From Octopus sinensis (lineage: Eukaryota), in NCBI RefSeq assembly GCF_006345805.1, contig NC_043014.1, positions 41,044,001-41,108,000 on the forward strand: a stretch of DNA of 64,000 nt, read 5' to 3'. Under the pieces are notes generated by a model that ran no database searches, was not told where the DNA came from, and was given only the letters and a program-made list of their open reading frames with translations. The position numbers and the translations under genes are program-made. Shown here in pieces: positions 1 through 12,321 of this stretch. Numbering within the stretch: the first letter of the stretch is position 1; each line of letters starts with the position of its first letter.

Positions 1-197
1 GTGGTTTCGATTCCTGGACCGGGCGACGCGTTATGTTCTTGAGCAAGACACTTTATTTCACGTTGCTCCAGTCCACTCAGTTGGCAAAAATGAGTAACGC
101 TGCGATGGACTGGCGTCCCGTCCAGCTGGGGAACACATACGCTCTAGAAACCGGGAACCCAGACCCATGAGCCTGGCTAGGCTTTAAAAGGGCGCAT

Positions 198-200
<3 letters not shown>
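1..200 (+). mobile_element. tRNA-derived SINE, 5'-cut by window edge (central domain resembles MetaSINE/V-SINE type)
   Basis: B-box GGTTTCGATTCC at the start, then TTCTTGAGCAAGACACTTT...CTGCGATGGACTGGCGTCCCGTCCAG...GAAACCGGG, ending in a (TTTA)n tail. Superfamily assignment is from memory. Confidence 0.65.
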
Positions 201-228
<28 letters not shown>

Positions 229-484
229 TCTATTTATTTATTTATTTATAGAGGGTTTGAAGTGGTGTACAGATATTGTGTAATGAGAAAAAGGAGGCGG
301 TCAGAATTTTGGATAATTCTTTATTAGCGCTTTCATTCGTTTTTCGAACTCAAGACAAAATCAAGATCAAAATGGTAAAAACAGAACGTTTCGTTGTTCA
401 TTTATATAAATCGAATGCCTTTTTTTGCTTTGGTTAGAAGAGGAAAATATTGCTTTTGTGTGTTCTCTCTCTCTCCCTCCTCTG

Positions 485-534
<50 letters not shown>

Positions 535-720
535 TCGGTTATAAAATGAGATAGGGGTTGAAAATTCAACCCACCATGGTATAACATATATCCAATATAC
601 TGCTAGAGAGGTACCCAACAAGACTAATACATAAATGTTAAAAATTGCCATGCAATTAATTCATCTACTGTATTATGTGGGCAAAGGTAAAAATATTACC
701 GTAAATTAATACTACAATTT

Positions 721-801
<81 letters not shown>

Positions 802-837
802 CGCACACACACTCACGTGCGTGTGTGTGTTTGTGTT

Positions 838-1010
838 TTGTCACGCTCACCCATCACCTGACAACCGTTGTTGGTTGATTTACGCCAGGTTAACTTTGCA
901 GTTCGATGGAATAAGTACCAGAGGTCGATTTGCTTGATTAAAACTCTTCAACGCGGTGATGATCTGCTCCAGCATTGTCGTAGTCTAGTGACAGAAACAA
1001 GTAAACGATG
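838..1010 (+). mobile_element. Decayed 3' half of SINE family A
   Basis: Follows (TA)n(TG)n; degenerate match to the family A tail (TGACAACCG...GCTCCAGCAT...GAAACAAGTAAA). Confidence 0.7.
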
Positions 1011-1727
1011 GGTTTCTATACTGAGCAGGTCGAACTTTTACAGATGTATGGATGAAGACTTGATTTTGAGAACTAGTGTTTCAGAGAAAATGTCTACAAT
1101 AAAGTAGCTTTAATTCGATTGTGTATTTTGTGGAGTGTTAAAGAAAGCCGTGCGTATCTTAAGTTGGCTTTTGTTTTGGTTAATATATATTTTAAAAGGA
1201 GAAACATGTGCCGTGTCAAGATAAAGGTCATCTGTAGGCTAAAATATAAATATGGTGTTATCAAGAAAGAGAGATATTAACATTGTAAATTAAAAGGCCA
1301 ACTATATAAAGGTTATAGTTTAAATTTTCTGGAAAAAACCCCAAAAGATTAAAGAAAAATGGAATTTTTAGTTCTGCATAAATCGATTCTGTATATACTA
1401 TTCTATTTCGTATTACTTTGTTAAATGGGTTTAAATACCGATGTGTATATAATTAGTGTGTTTCCTTATACACTCTATGTGTGTATGTGTGTGTGTGTGT
1501 GTGTGTGTGTATGTTTTTGAGTGTATTTATCTATTTACACGGACTTTTGGAAGACATGAAGCTATTTGAAAAAATGTGATTGAATAGAGTGCGGGTTTCT
1601 CGTAGCTTTATGAAACAAATTATATGATACTAAGCATATAAGATGCTTTTTTTCCTCCCAAAATGTTTCATAATATCACCTCCGGTCCTATATGCAAAGT
1701 TGGGTGAATATTACATGATTTTATGCA

Positions 1728-1949
1728 CTCTCTTTTACTCTTTTACTTGTTTCAGTCATTTGACTGCGGCCATGCTGGAGCACCGCCTTTAATCGAGCAA
1801 CTCGACCCCGGGACTTATTCTTTTGTAAGCCCAGTACTTATTCTATCGGTCTCTTTTGCCGAACCGCTAAGTAACGGGGACGTAAACACACCAGCATTGG
1901 TTGTCAAGCAATGCTAGGGGGGACAAACGCAGACACACAAACACACACA

Positions 1950-1984
<35 letters not shown>

Positions 1985-2139
1985 CATATATACGACGGGC
2001 TTCTTTCAGTTTCCGTCTACCGAATCCACTCACAAGGCTTTGGTCGGCCCGAGGCTATAGTAGAAGACACTTACCCGGGACTGAACCCGGAACCATGTGG
2101 TTGGTAAACAAGCTACTTACCACACAGCCACTCCTGCGC
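1728..2139 (-). mobile_element. SINE family A (CORE-like octopus SINE), full length
   Basis: Minus strand: GCGCAGGAGTGGCTGTGTGGTAAGTAGC head, B-box GGGTTCAGTCCC, internal (TA)n(TG)n, tail GGCGGTGCTCCAGCATGGCCGCAGTCAAATGACTGAAACAAGTAAAAGAG. More than 10 copies in this window. Confidence 0.9.
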
Positions 2140-2311
2140 ACTAAAGATTTTTTTCCCCAGAAAATACATTGCTGAAACAAAGATGTGTTTAGTGTCCTCT
2201 TTCATGCAATTAGATATGGCTATTGCCAGTGTAAAGCTAACACACATACCCAACATATGTTTATATAAATATAAGTATATACACAAATCTACAAACATAC
2301 GTATACACAAA

Positions 2312-3580
2312 CGAGGATGGGTTGAAAAGTTCATAGGCTGACTATGAAGATGAGTGATGCCAGAGCTGTGAAATCTTGCACGCATTAATTTCAACTCTAC
2401 TTATCAATTACTGCATTATTTCTTTCCAGGTAAACTGACATCTGATAGTTCAAAGAAGACTTCAAATGTCACTATTGGAAATGGACAAAATTTGGCATCG
2501 TGGTGATATTATGTACCTTCAGAAAAAAGGGTTCAACCCCCAATGACATTCATGCTTGCGTGGTTGTTATATATATTTCTTTACTGCTCACAAGGGGCTA
2601 AACATAGAGGGGACAAACAAGGACAGACAAAGGGATTAAGTCGATTACATCGACCCCAGTGCGAAACTAGTACTTTATTTATCGACCCCGAAAGGATGAA
2701 AGGCAAAGTCGACCTCGGCGGAATTTGAACTCAGAACGTAACAACAGACGAAATACCGCTAAGCATTTCGCCCGGCGTGCTAACGATTCTGCATGGTTGC
2801 TATATAAGGGCATGACGCTCCAGCTTTATCATTAGAGCAAATATAGGAAGCTGAATTTACGGGAGAGTCTTAAAGATTTCCCAAGGTCTGGACATCCTGC
2901 CACAGCCACCACCGTGGAAAACATTGATCGTGTTCACCGTTTGGTGATGGATGATAGGCGATTGACTAGAAATCGAATGACCAATGCTATTAGTATATTC
3001 AACGATAGAGTTGAGAATATTCTGCATAAGGAAATTGGCCTGACGAAGGTTTCTTCTCAGTGGGTGCTATGTCATCTGGCCCCTGATCAAAAACGTACCA
3101 GGTTGATAACATCACAGCAGTTCACATCACTGTTCGAGGCAGATCCAGCTGGTTTGTTTGAACATTTCCTAAACTAGGACAAGTATTGGGTTTCACTTTG
3201 AGCCAGAGACAAAGAGGTAACATATGCAGTGAAAATATCCCTCCTCGCCTGCTCCAAAACAGACCAAAGTTGTTTCATCTGCAAGGAAGGTGGTGGTCTC
3301 AGGTTTTGGGGGATGCAAAAGACATTGTGTTCATTTACTACCTTCATAAAGGCCGCGCCATCAATGAATGGTAATATGCCTATTTGCTGAGGTATTTACA
3401 ATAGGCTATCAAGACCAAACGCCCCGGAAAATTGACGAAAGGGGTTTTAATTCACCACGACAACGCTCCAACACACAAGTCCTTGGTTTCAATGGCTGCT
3501 GTGCGTGTCTATAGCATTGAACTGGTTGGTCAGCCAGCCTCCTTATTGTCCTGATTTGACCCCATCTGACTATCATCTAT
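2312..3580 (+). mobile_element. Degenerate mariner (Tc1/mariner) transposon, interrupted by a SINE and 3'-truncated
   Basis: TIR-like CGAGGATGGGTTGAAAAGTTC. N-terminus MDKIWHRGDIMYLQKKG at ~2481. ORF 2914-3177 has DRRLT...KVSSQWVLCHL (WVPHEL-like). FHHDNAPTH near 3450 and PYCPDLTPSDYHLF (YSPDLAP motif) at 3541-3580. Multiple stops and frameshifts. Confidence 0.9.
2565..2795 (-). mobile_element. SINE family B inserted in the mariner
   Basis: Matches the family B body and AAAGAAATA tail; imperfect flanking duplication GGTTG(T/C)TATATA. Confidence 0.85.
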
Positions 3581-3739
3581 TTCTTTACTACCCACAAGGG
3601 GCTGAACACAGAGAGGACAAACAAGGACAGAAAAACGGATTAAGTCGATTACATCGGCCCCAGTGCGTAACTGGTACTTAATTTATCTCCCCCGAAAGGA
3701 TGAAAGGCAAAGTCGACCTCGGCGGAATTTGAACTCAGA
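3581..3739 (-). mobile_element. SINE family B, cut by assembly gap
   Basis: Family B tail and body running into the N gap. Confidence 0.85.
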
Positions 3740-3839
3740 NNNNNNNNNNNNNNNNNNNNNNNNNNNNNNNNNNNNNNNNNNNNNNNNNNNNNNNNNNNNN
3801 NNNNNNNNNNNNNNNNNNNNNNNNNNNNNNNNNNNNNNN
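3740..3839. other. Assembly gap (100 N)
   Basis: Run of 100 N. Confidence 1.
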
Positions 3840-4251
3840 ATATTGTATACAATGTATATTCATATATGCATAAATATATATATATACATATACATGCACA
3901 TATACATATACATACACACACACAAATACGTACACAGAAGCACACATGTGGTGCACATGCGTACGCACATAGATACATAGATACACACACACTCACACGC
4001 GCGCATATATGATGAAGGGTCTGCTGATAATACTTGTAGACATTATATGCAATAGAATAGACTTTGCTAAAAGTCTCAAAACCCGGCAGTGTGTAAAACT
4101 GGGCTACTGGTTAAATCTACTAGCCATTGAAATTTAACCATTAGTATAAAGTTAATTAATTTAGTAGGTAAACTAGACAACTAACTGATCCTCAGCTAGT
4201 TGGAAATCCGTTGAGACTCAATATAATTTAATACACTTTAGTTAAGTTAAA

Positions 4252-4643
4252 TCTCTCCCTATATAAAGCTGAAGTTGTCTGTGTATGGCAGGTTTGGTAG
4301 GCTTCAACTAACACTATCTCCTCCGAGACCCTGCGGCGCAAGTTGATCAAAATTGAGAGTATGATAGAAGAAGACTTGCTCTTCATTCCGTAGAACAAAA
4401 AATTGAAATCGGACCATGTTAAGACCAAAAATTATTTACATCAAAATGGTGCTTTTTTTCTATGAAAATCCCTATTTTTTACGATTTTTTGACTGCTGTG
4501 TCGCCATTTTTTGGTGTATTTCAACCAGAAAAATGTTCACTTGAAGAGAATAACAGGCTACATAATGCAGAAGTTTTACTTTTCAAAAATTCCAAATTTG
4601 AAGGGTCGAAACAAACCCGAGCAACGCCGGGCGATACTGCTAG
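4252..4643 (+). mobile_element. Non-autonomous Helitron (interior type 1)
   Basis: A|TC 5' end (TCTCTCCCTATATAAAGCTGAAGTTGT). 3' hairpin CCCGAGCAACGCCGGG followed by CGATACTGCTAG|T. Same 3' terminus as 14694-15206 and 39131-39804. Confidence 0.8.
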
Positions 4644-4644
4644 T

Positions 4645-5165
4645 ATTTTATATTTTAATATTTTAAAATGTTTCAGCTGCAAAACTGTGGTAATGCTGGA
4701 GCACCACCAATGACTGAGCTGCACCATTTTTTGGAACCTTCTCTAATATGTGGCATTTGGTCAATGAGGGAGTTTGATGCTACTGCCCTCATCTGTGCTT
4801 CCTGCTGTGAGGTAGGTTCGTCTGGAACCCGTAACAGGAAGAGATTCGCTTTTGTTTTAAAGACACTTACATCCACACCACGAAGGTCTCTCAAGCATTT
4901 TGGAAGGATACTAAAGAACTGTGGGCCCTTGAAGCCCAAGTTGTTGCAGTGTCTTGTCCTGTATTTTGATGGCGATGCTGGGATCCTTGGCACTATGCAG
5001 TGGCGCCCCGTTCTGCAGTCTGAATAACTGTCAATGCCAAAGTTTGGTACAAGGCCTTCTAGGATTTTCCAGATGTATATCACTGCACATCTCTCCCGCC
5101 TTCGTTCCAGGGAGAAGAGTTTAAATTCTTTCAGTCTTTCCCAGCAGTTGACATGTTGCACCGAG
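4645..5165 (-). mobile_element. 5'-truncated CR1/L2-group LINE, ORF2 C-terminus plus 3' tail
   Basis: ORF 4673-5176 reads WERLKEFKLFSLERRRER...IWKILEGLVPN...LPKCLRDLRGVDVSVFK...VPDEP, typical post-RT region of CR1-group LINEs. Ends in a (TAAAATAT)-like tail. Confidence 0.85.
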
Positions 5166-5932
5166 ACGATTTTCATTTCAAAATTTACGGAGAATTAACG
5201 GACGCTACCAATACAATGGCGGGCAAAGATACTGGGGGAAAACGCGTGGGTCAATTTCTAAAACGTCTTTGGCAAATCAATAATATCAGAATTGTCGGTT
5301 CGTAGTACGCTGTACGGACATGTCAAAATAAGGCAACATTTCTTTGATTATTTGGTATATTCATCTTTCTAACTCAGCCATTCATCCACGCAAACAGCTA
5401 ATATTGTAAGAGTATTCCCTCTACGCAAAACTTGGCATCTCCTCCATCTTTTAAAACGAAACGTTGTACTTTCCATATTTATTTCTTCTATGCAGTTCTG
5501 ATAACCGCATATGTTTTCATATTTTATATTTATATTTTATGTGTGTTTGTTATTTTGTTTTGTTTTTAATATTATCATTCTGTATGGAAATGTTTTATCT
5601 CTTCTTTTCTTACCTTGTACTATATATTCTCTTTCTATATTTTTGTTTTTGAGATCGAAAAGATATGCTCCACTTTTATAACAGATCTTAATAGTTCATT
5701 TTTATTTCATATCATTTCATATAGAAATTATTGAATAAAAATGTCAGCGGTTTCAGGTTTCAAACGGAAAAACCACTGAATTTTTTCACAATGTGAATGA
5801 TAAGAAAGGGAGTTTCTGTAACTCAGTACAGAACAGAACAGTATATCGCTTAAGATTTCACTCGAAGACCAAAGGCCTACGTGGTAAATATATCTTTTCG
5901 GACTTCTCGCCTTTGATGTTCATCAGGAATGA

Positions 5933-5978
<46 letters not shown>

Positions 5979-6049
5979 CAGGGAGAGGGATTATATATAT
6001 ATATATATATATAGATAGATAGACACAAAGACAGAGAGAAGCAGCCATG

Positions 6050-6491
6050 TTTGGTTAAGAAGATTTCTTCGCTATCACTTTGTTTTGGGTTCGATTCCAT
6101 TTCACAGCACGTTGGTCAATTGTCTTCCATTACATCTTCGGTCTGAACAACACTTTGTGAATGGAAACCGTGTGGAACCCTGCCTTAAACATAGTCAACC
6201 ATGCGTATTTGTGTGATTGTGTGTGCGCGTATGTCCGTGTGTGTGTGTGATTGCGTGCCCGCGTTTGTGTGTGTGCGTGCCTGCGCGAACAAGACAGTGC
6301 GTGTGATGGTGTTTATGAATTTATGTGTTTCAAATTTCATCAGCGGTTAAAGCAAAAACCGATGTTGTGTTAAAAGGGTGACTTAGATAATCGATAACAT
6401 AAAATCGATAAAATAAGTACTGGTTTGAAATGAGTACTAGTGTTGCTACGAGACATACCCTTCTATGGCGGACTTCGTTGAATGAAAGCAG

Positions 6492-6582
<91 letters not shown>

Positions 6583-6850
6583 GCACACACATACATACAT
6601 GCATATAGACATACGTTTATTCCTATACACACAGACACACAAACACACAGGAACAGACACACCTTTTTACTTGTTTCAGTCCTTTGACTGCAGCCATGCT
6701 GGAGCACCGCCTTGAAGTGTTTTAATCGAACAAATCGACCCCATGACTTATTTCTTAAGCCCAGTACTTATTCTATCGGTCTAATTTTTGCCGAACCGCT
6801 AATTTACGGGGAAGTAACTTCTCCAACACCTGTAGAAAAGCGGTAATGTG
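6050..6850. mobile_element. Two decayed SINEs (old + copy ~6050-6470; family A 3' half on - at ~6660-6850) around a (TCTA)n tract
   Basis: Degenerate tRNA-like head and B-box at ~6050-6100; family A tail on the minus strand from 6660. Confidence 0.6.
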
Positions 6851-6908
6851 GGGACAAAGCAAACCCAGATGCAAAGACACACACACTCACACACACACAC
6901 ACACACAC

Positions 6909-6966
<58 letters not shown>

Positions 6967-7283
6967 CACGCGTGCGCCCACATACATACCTACCTACATA
7001 ATATTCATACATGCTCATACATATTGTGTATAGGAGTGCAAAGGGATATTACAGATAATGCATACTCATACTTTTAGATAGAGAGAAAAAATAAAAAATG
7101 TAAAGAGAAAAATAAAAAAAATGTAATATTGATTGAAATTGGCCTATATGTCAAAGATCATTGCAATGCAGTAGTGGAGTGGTGGTGTGTGTGAGAAGTG
7201 TGCATGTGTGAGGGTGGTAGCAGACTAGCAGGGAACAAGCCATTGCGAATAAACGTAAAGGAAATAATACAATATACATTATT

Positions 7284-7326
<43 letters not shown>

Positions 7327-7896
7327 TATATGCACACACATAATATATATATACACATATACTATATATACACATATATATATATACATATATATATATG
7401 TATGTTTGTATGTATATATATATATATGTAGTAAACACAGGATTTAAGTAAATAGACAGGAAATTGGGAAGCAAGCATCATAAAACATCAATGAATGATT
7501 TAAAAAATTCTATAAAATTCTATAAAAATATAACTAAAAATCTTCGTATGAAAACAGTAAATAACTAAATAAAATAAATTAAAATAGAAGAAATATAATA
7601 AAATAAAATGAAATAAAATATATTGAATATTAGAATTAGCAACACTTGATATTTTAAAGTGGTAGTTAACATATCCCCAAAACGATCTTGGAAGGTAAAT
7701 TGAGAATTGTCATGTGGAAAAGGATAACGTAAAGCTAGAGATGGGAGGGATGATCTGTCTTGTATATACTATACGGGCACAGACAGTGTGTCGGTAGCCA
7801 ACTGGACAATACGTTTTCCTGGGGCTAAAAGACGGTAACATAATCCTTCTATAGGACTGCCACATTATGTTGGCAAATAAACATTACTATATATAT

Positions 7897-8420
<524 letters not shown>

Positions 8421-8745
8421 TATATATATATATATATATATAACATGTATACACATACACATATCTATAAACTCTTTCTACGTTAAGTAGAAGATCTGAA
8501 GCTTTTGGAGATGGGGTAGAAGCTAGTCAATTACATTGACCCCATTATTTTGGGTGGTGTTTTATTTTGTCGACCCCGAAAAGATGAAAGGAAAAGTTTG
8601 GTCGTGGTAGATTTGAACTCGGAACGTAAACAGTTGAAATAAATGCTAGGTAGCAATTTTTGGACCCGCTAACGATTTGCTAATTCACCGCCTTTAATGA
8701 TTTTAGATTTGACCATAAGGTAAATAGGTTCAGAGGAAATGATTA

Positions 8746-9181
8746 GGATCTTTTCGGTTTGAACGGCAGTTTTTTCTAGCGGTGTCATATGAAATTGTCA
8801 CCCATAATTATGACCCTAGTATCGATCTATTGCATTTCAATCTCTTTTAGGGTTAGGGTTAGGGTTAGGGTTAGAGTTAGGGGTGGGGGGAATGTATCTG
8901 TTTTTCTTCACAAATGTAAATAAACCCAATCTGTTTCTTAAACGAGGGACATATTCAAACGACACAAAATGTTTTTTTTTACCTCAATAGACGTCAGTGA
9001 TTGGTTGAAATTGCAGAAATTGAAGAAAAAAAAAACAAATATCTTACAAACTATAGAATTTTCTCAATGAAGCAAAGAGAAAAAGATGTTTTATAAACAC
9101 ATTCTGCCAGTATACGAAGTTTAAAATTTTTTAGTTACCTAGAAATTATGTTAAAAACTGCCGTTCAAACCGAAAAGATTC
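8746..9181. mobile_element. MITE with ~29-bp TIRs and internal telomere-like (TTAGGG)n
   Basis: Left GGATCTTTTCGGTTTGAACGGCAGTTTTT; right AAAAACTGCCGTTCAAACCGAAAAGATTC. (TTAGGG)4 plus degenerate units at 8847-8890. Confidence 0.8.
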
Positions 9182-9585
9182 AATGGTTACCCCGATGCTT
9201 GACTGGTATTTTATTTTTTCAATTCCAAAAGGATGAAAGATAAAGCTGAGCTATGCTGGATTTGAAATGAGAACGTAAAGACTTGGAAGAAATGCTACTA
9301 AGCGTTTGCTTCGACGCATTAACGATTCTGCCCACTCGTCTCCTTCATAAAACCCCTTCCTACAATAGGTACAAGGTCTGAAATTTTGAGGGAGCGGGAT
9401 AGTCGATTGCTTCGACCCCAGCACTCAACCTGTACTTATTTTATCGACCCCGATAGAATGAAGGGCACAGTCGAACTCGGCGAAACGATGATGCCGTTAA
9501 ACATTTTGTCGCATTTTGTTCGACGCGCTAACGGTTCTACTAGGTCACCGCCCTATGTCGACTATGGCGGTATTTGAATTCAGAA

Positions 9586-10003
9586 AGGGCGGCGAGCTGG
9601 CAGAAACGTTAGCACGCCGGGCGAAATGCTCAGCGGTATTTCGTCTGCCGCTATGTTCTGAGTTCAAATTCCGCCGAGGTCGACTTTGCCTTTCATCCTT
9701 TCGGGGGTCGATTAAATAAGTACCAGTTACGCACTGGGGTCGATATAATCGACTTAATCCGTTTGTCTGTCCTTGTTTGTTCCCTCTGTGTTTAGCCCCT
9801 TGTGGGTAATAAAGAAATAGGTATTTCGTCTGCCGCTATGTTCTGAGTTCAAATTCCACCGAGGTCGACTTAGCCTTTCATCCTTTCGGAGTCGATTAAA
9901 TAAGTACCAGTTACGCACTGGGGTCGATATGATCGACTTAATCCGTTTGTCTGTCCTTGTTTGCCCTCTCTGTGTTTAGCCCCTTGTGGGTAGTAAAGAA
10001 ATA
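9586..10003 (+). mobile_element. SINE family B dimer (one head, two bodies) with 17-bp TSD
   Basis: Head AGGGCGGCGAGCTGGCAGAA, B-box GAGTTCAAATTCC; second unit restarts at GGTATTTCGTCTG. TSD GGTATTTGAATTCAGAA at 9569-9585 and 10004-10020. Confidence 0.92.
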
Positions 10004-10199
10004 GGTATTTGAATTCAGAACGTATTTTGTTCGACATACTAACTATTCTGCTAATTCTGTTCTCACCACTTTTTGAACTATATCTTGATAATATCATTTA
10101 ACTGTCGCTCTTGGAGCAATGACTAACTTCCCAATAAATATGGAAAATTTCTACCGCACATGGACTGTGTCAATGCAAAGGAGCTAACTTCATATTTCT

Positions 10200-10606
10200 A
10201 TGACATCAATTTTCAGGGGAGAAGCAAGGCGATAACATTGATCCCGGTAACTGACTGCTACTTTCATTTCATCGACTCCGGAAGAATGAAAAGCAAAGCT
10301 GACTTTAGTGGGATTTGAACTCAGATCTTAAAGAGTCGGAAAAAATGCTAACGGTTCTACTAGTTCGTTGCCTTGCGCTAACTTTATATTGGTTTCAAAT
10401 TTTGGCACGGAGTTAGCAGTTTCGGTGGAGGAGTAAGTCGATTACATTGCCTCCAGTGCTTAACTAGTACATATTTTATCGATCTGGAAAGGACGAAAGG
10501 CAAAGTCGACCTCGACGGCATTTGAACTCAGAATGTAAAGACGAACGAAATGCTGCTAAGCACTTTGGCCAGCGTGGTTACAATTCTGCTAAGCTTGCCA
10601 CCTTAG
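10200..10606 (-). mobile_element. Two older family B SINEs (ancestral tail)
   Basis: Decayed bodies. The second copy (10388-10606) has the AAATTTGAAACCAATA tail and a TAACTTTATATT flanking duplication. Confidence 0.75.
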
Positions 10607-11265
10607 AGTTAACTTTATATTAGCAAGAGAACGCTGATGAGTAACTACAGAAACACAGTCAACACTTGATTGTTAATTACATATTGAACTTCAAGAAATA
10701 CCATTTAATGCAACTTCTATATAATTACTCTTCTATATAATTACTCAGTCTGCTAGATTTAACGATCAAATCTTCAAGCTATACCCATCGGAATAAAGCA
10801 TAATAGATAATACTGTGTAACACGATTTTTATCCTTCGGTAGCAACTATTATTTCCTCTTTGCTTCCTGCTAGAGTGTATGAAAAATGGCTAATATTTCC
10901 TTCAAACTTTGCTGTTGTTACATTTATTTAAACCTCTAAGAATCCATCTCAACACATGGCTATGATGCTTCCCTATTATCCCTGCTCATGATTAGAGACA
11001 TGCTTAAGTGCTTAAGGCCAAGCAACTGACAAGCAAATCTGTGGTATTGAGCAGAATATTTGTTATAGCGATATTTCTACTTCAGTAATTCAGCGCTGAA
11101 TCTGTCTGAAATGTAATGGAAAATAGGCCAGTTTCAAAACATTGATTTCCAGGTTACAAAAGCAAAAGTTGAAGGGAATAGTAGTCATTTCCTTTGATTT
11201 TTAGACAGAAGCAAATAGAAAATAACACTTACTGACGAAAGACAAAAAAAGAATAGAAATTTTCG

Positions 11266-11402
11266 TGGCTGTGTGGTAAGTAGCTTGCTGACCAACCACA
11301 TGGTTCTGGGTTCAGTCCCACTGCGTGGCACCTTGGGCAAATGCCTTCTACTATAGCCTTGTGAGTGGATTTGGTAGACGGAAACTTAAAGAAGCCCGTC
11401 GT

Positions 11403-11501
<99 letters not shown>

Positions 11502-11690
11502 TTGTCCCCCAATATCGCTTGACAACCGATGCTGGTGTGTTTACGTCCACGTCACTTAGCGGTTCAGCAAAAGAGATCGATAGAATAAGTACTAGGCATA
11601 CAAAGAATAAGTCCCGGGGTCTATTTCTTCGACTAAAGGCGGTGCTCCAGCATGGCCGCAGTCAGCTGACTGAAACAAGTAAAAGTGTAA
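11266..11690 (+). mobile_element. SINE family A
   Basis: Head GTGGCTGTGTGGTAAGTAGC to tail GACTGAAACAAGTAAAAG. Confidence 0.9.
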
Positions 11691-11874
11691 AAGAGTGTGA
11701 AAGAATGCAACGGAATGCCATTGATTATAAACCTATCGATTAGTTTGACTTTGCATTTAAACAACAATTTGTATATCTTTCATTGGCAATATCAGACGTT
11801 GAGATTCAACATTTTTGTCCTCTTTGAATGCTACGTAAAAAAGTTTTTATATTCGTCTGTCTTCTAATAAACAG

Positions 11875-11939
11875 GAAGATTTAGGGTTAACCATTACATA
11901 TGCAGTCAAACATATGCACACCACAAACAATGGAATTAC
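11875..11939 (+). CDS. Candidate internal exon of an unidentified gene
   Basis: Acceptor TCTGTCTTCTAATAAACAG|, donor TAC|GTAAGT. Two open phases: EDLGLTITYAVKHMHTTNNGI or GRFRVNHYICSQTYAHHKQWNY. Repeat-free context. No homology recognised. Confidence 0.4.
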
Positions 11940-12063
11940 GTAAGTAAATATATTTGTACGTAGATGTTAAGTGTGCGTATTTTTATATGCGTAAATCTTG
12001 TTCTGTTGATATTCAATTAACTATGCAATTTGTTATATCTGAATATTTAATATTTCCTTACAG

Positions 12064-12106
12064 CTTGGGAAACATCGCCACTCAGACACATAAGCTTGTT
12101 TCATGA
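12064..12106 (+). CDS. Candidate terminal coding exon (pairs with 11875-11939)
   Basis: Strong acceptor TTTAATATTTCCTTACAG| after a 124-nt GT-AG intron. Gives (T)LGNIATQTHKLVS* (stop ends 12106) or LGKHRHSDT* (stop ends 12093). Confidence 0.35.
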
Positions 12107-12321
12107 TTGGATCAGCGAGAAGACAGTTTGTCGTTATTAAATGATTTATTTTGTTTGCTTATAAGTAGTTTAGTAGAACATTGCATTTGTAACTAACTAA
12201 CAACAAATTTGCAATCGTTTTTTTTCCTTATATAGGAAGTAATTTTAGTAACAATATATATATATACGTTTAAATATTTGTTGTGCAAGATTTTTTATGT
12301 GAAGTCGTGTGTTGAAACAGA

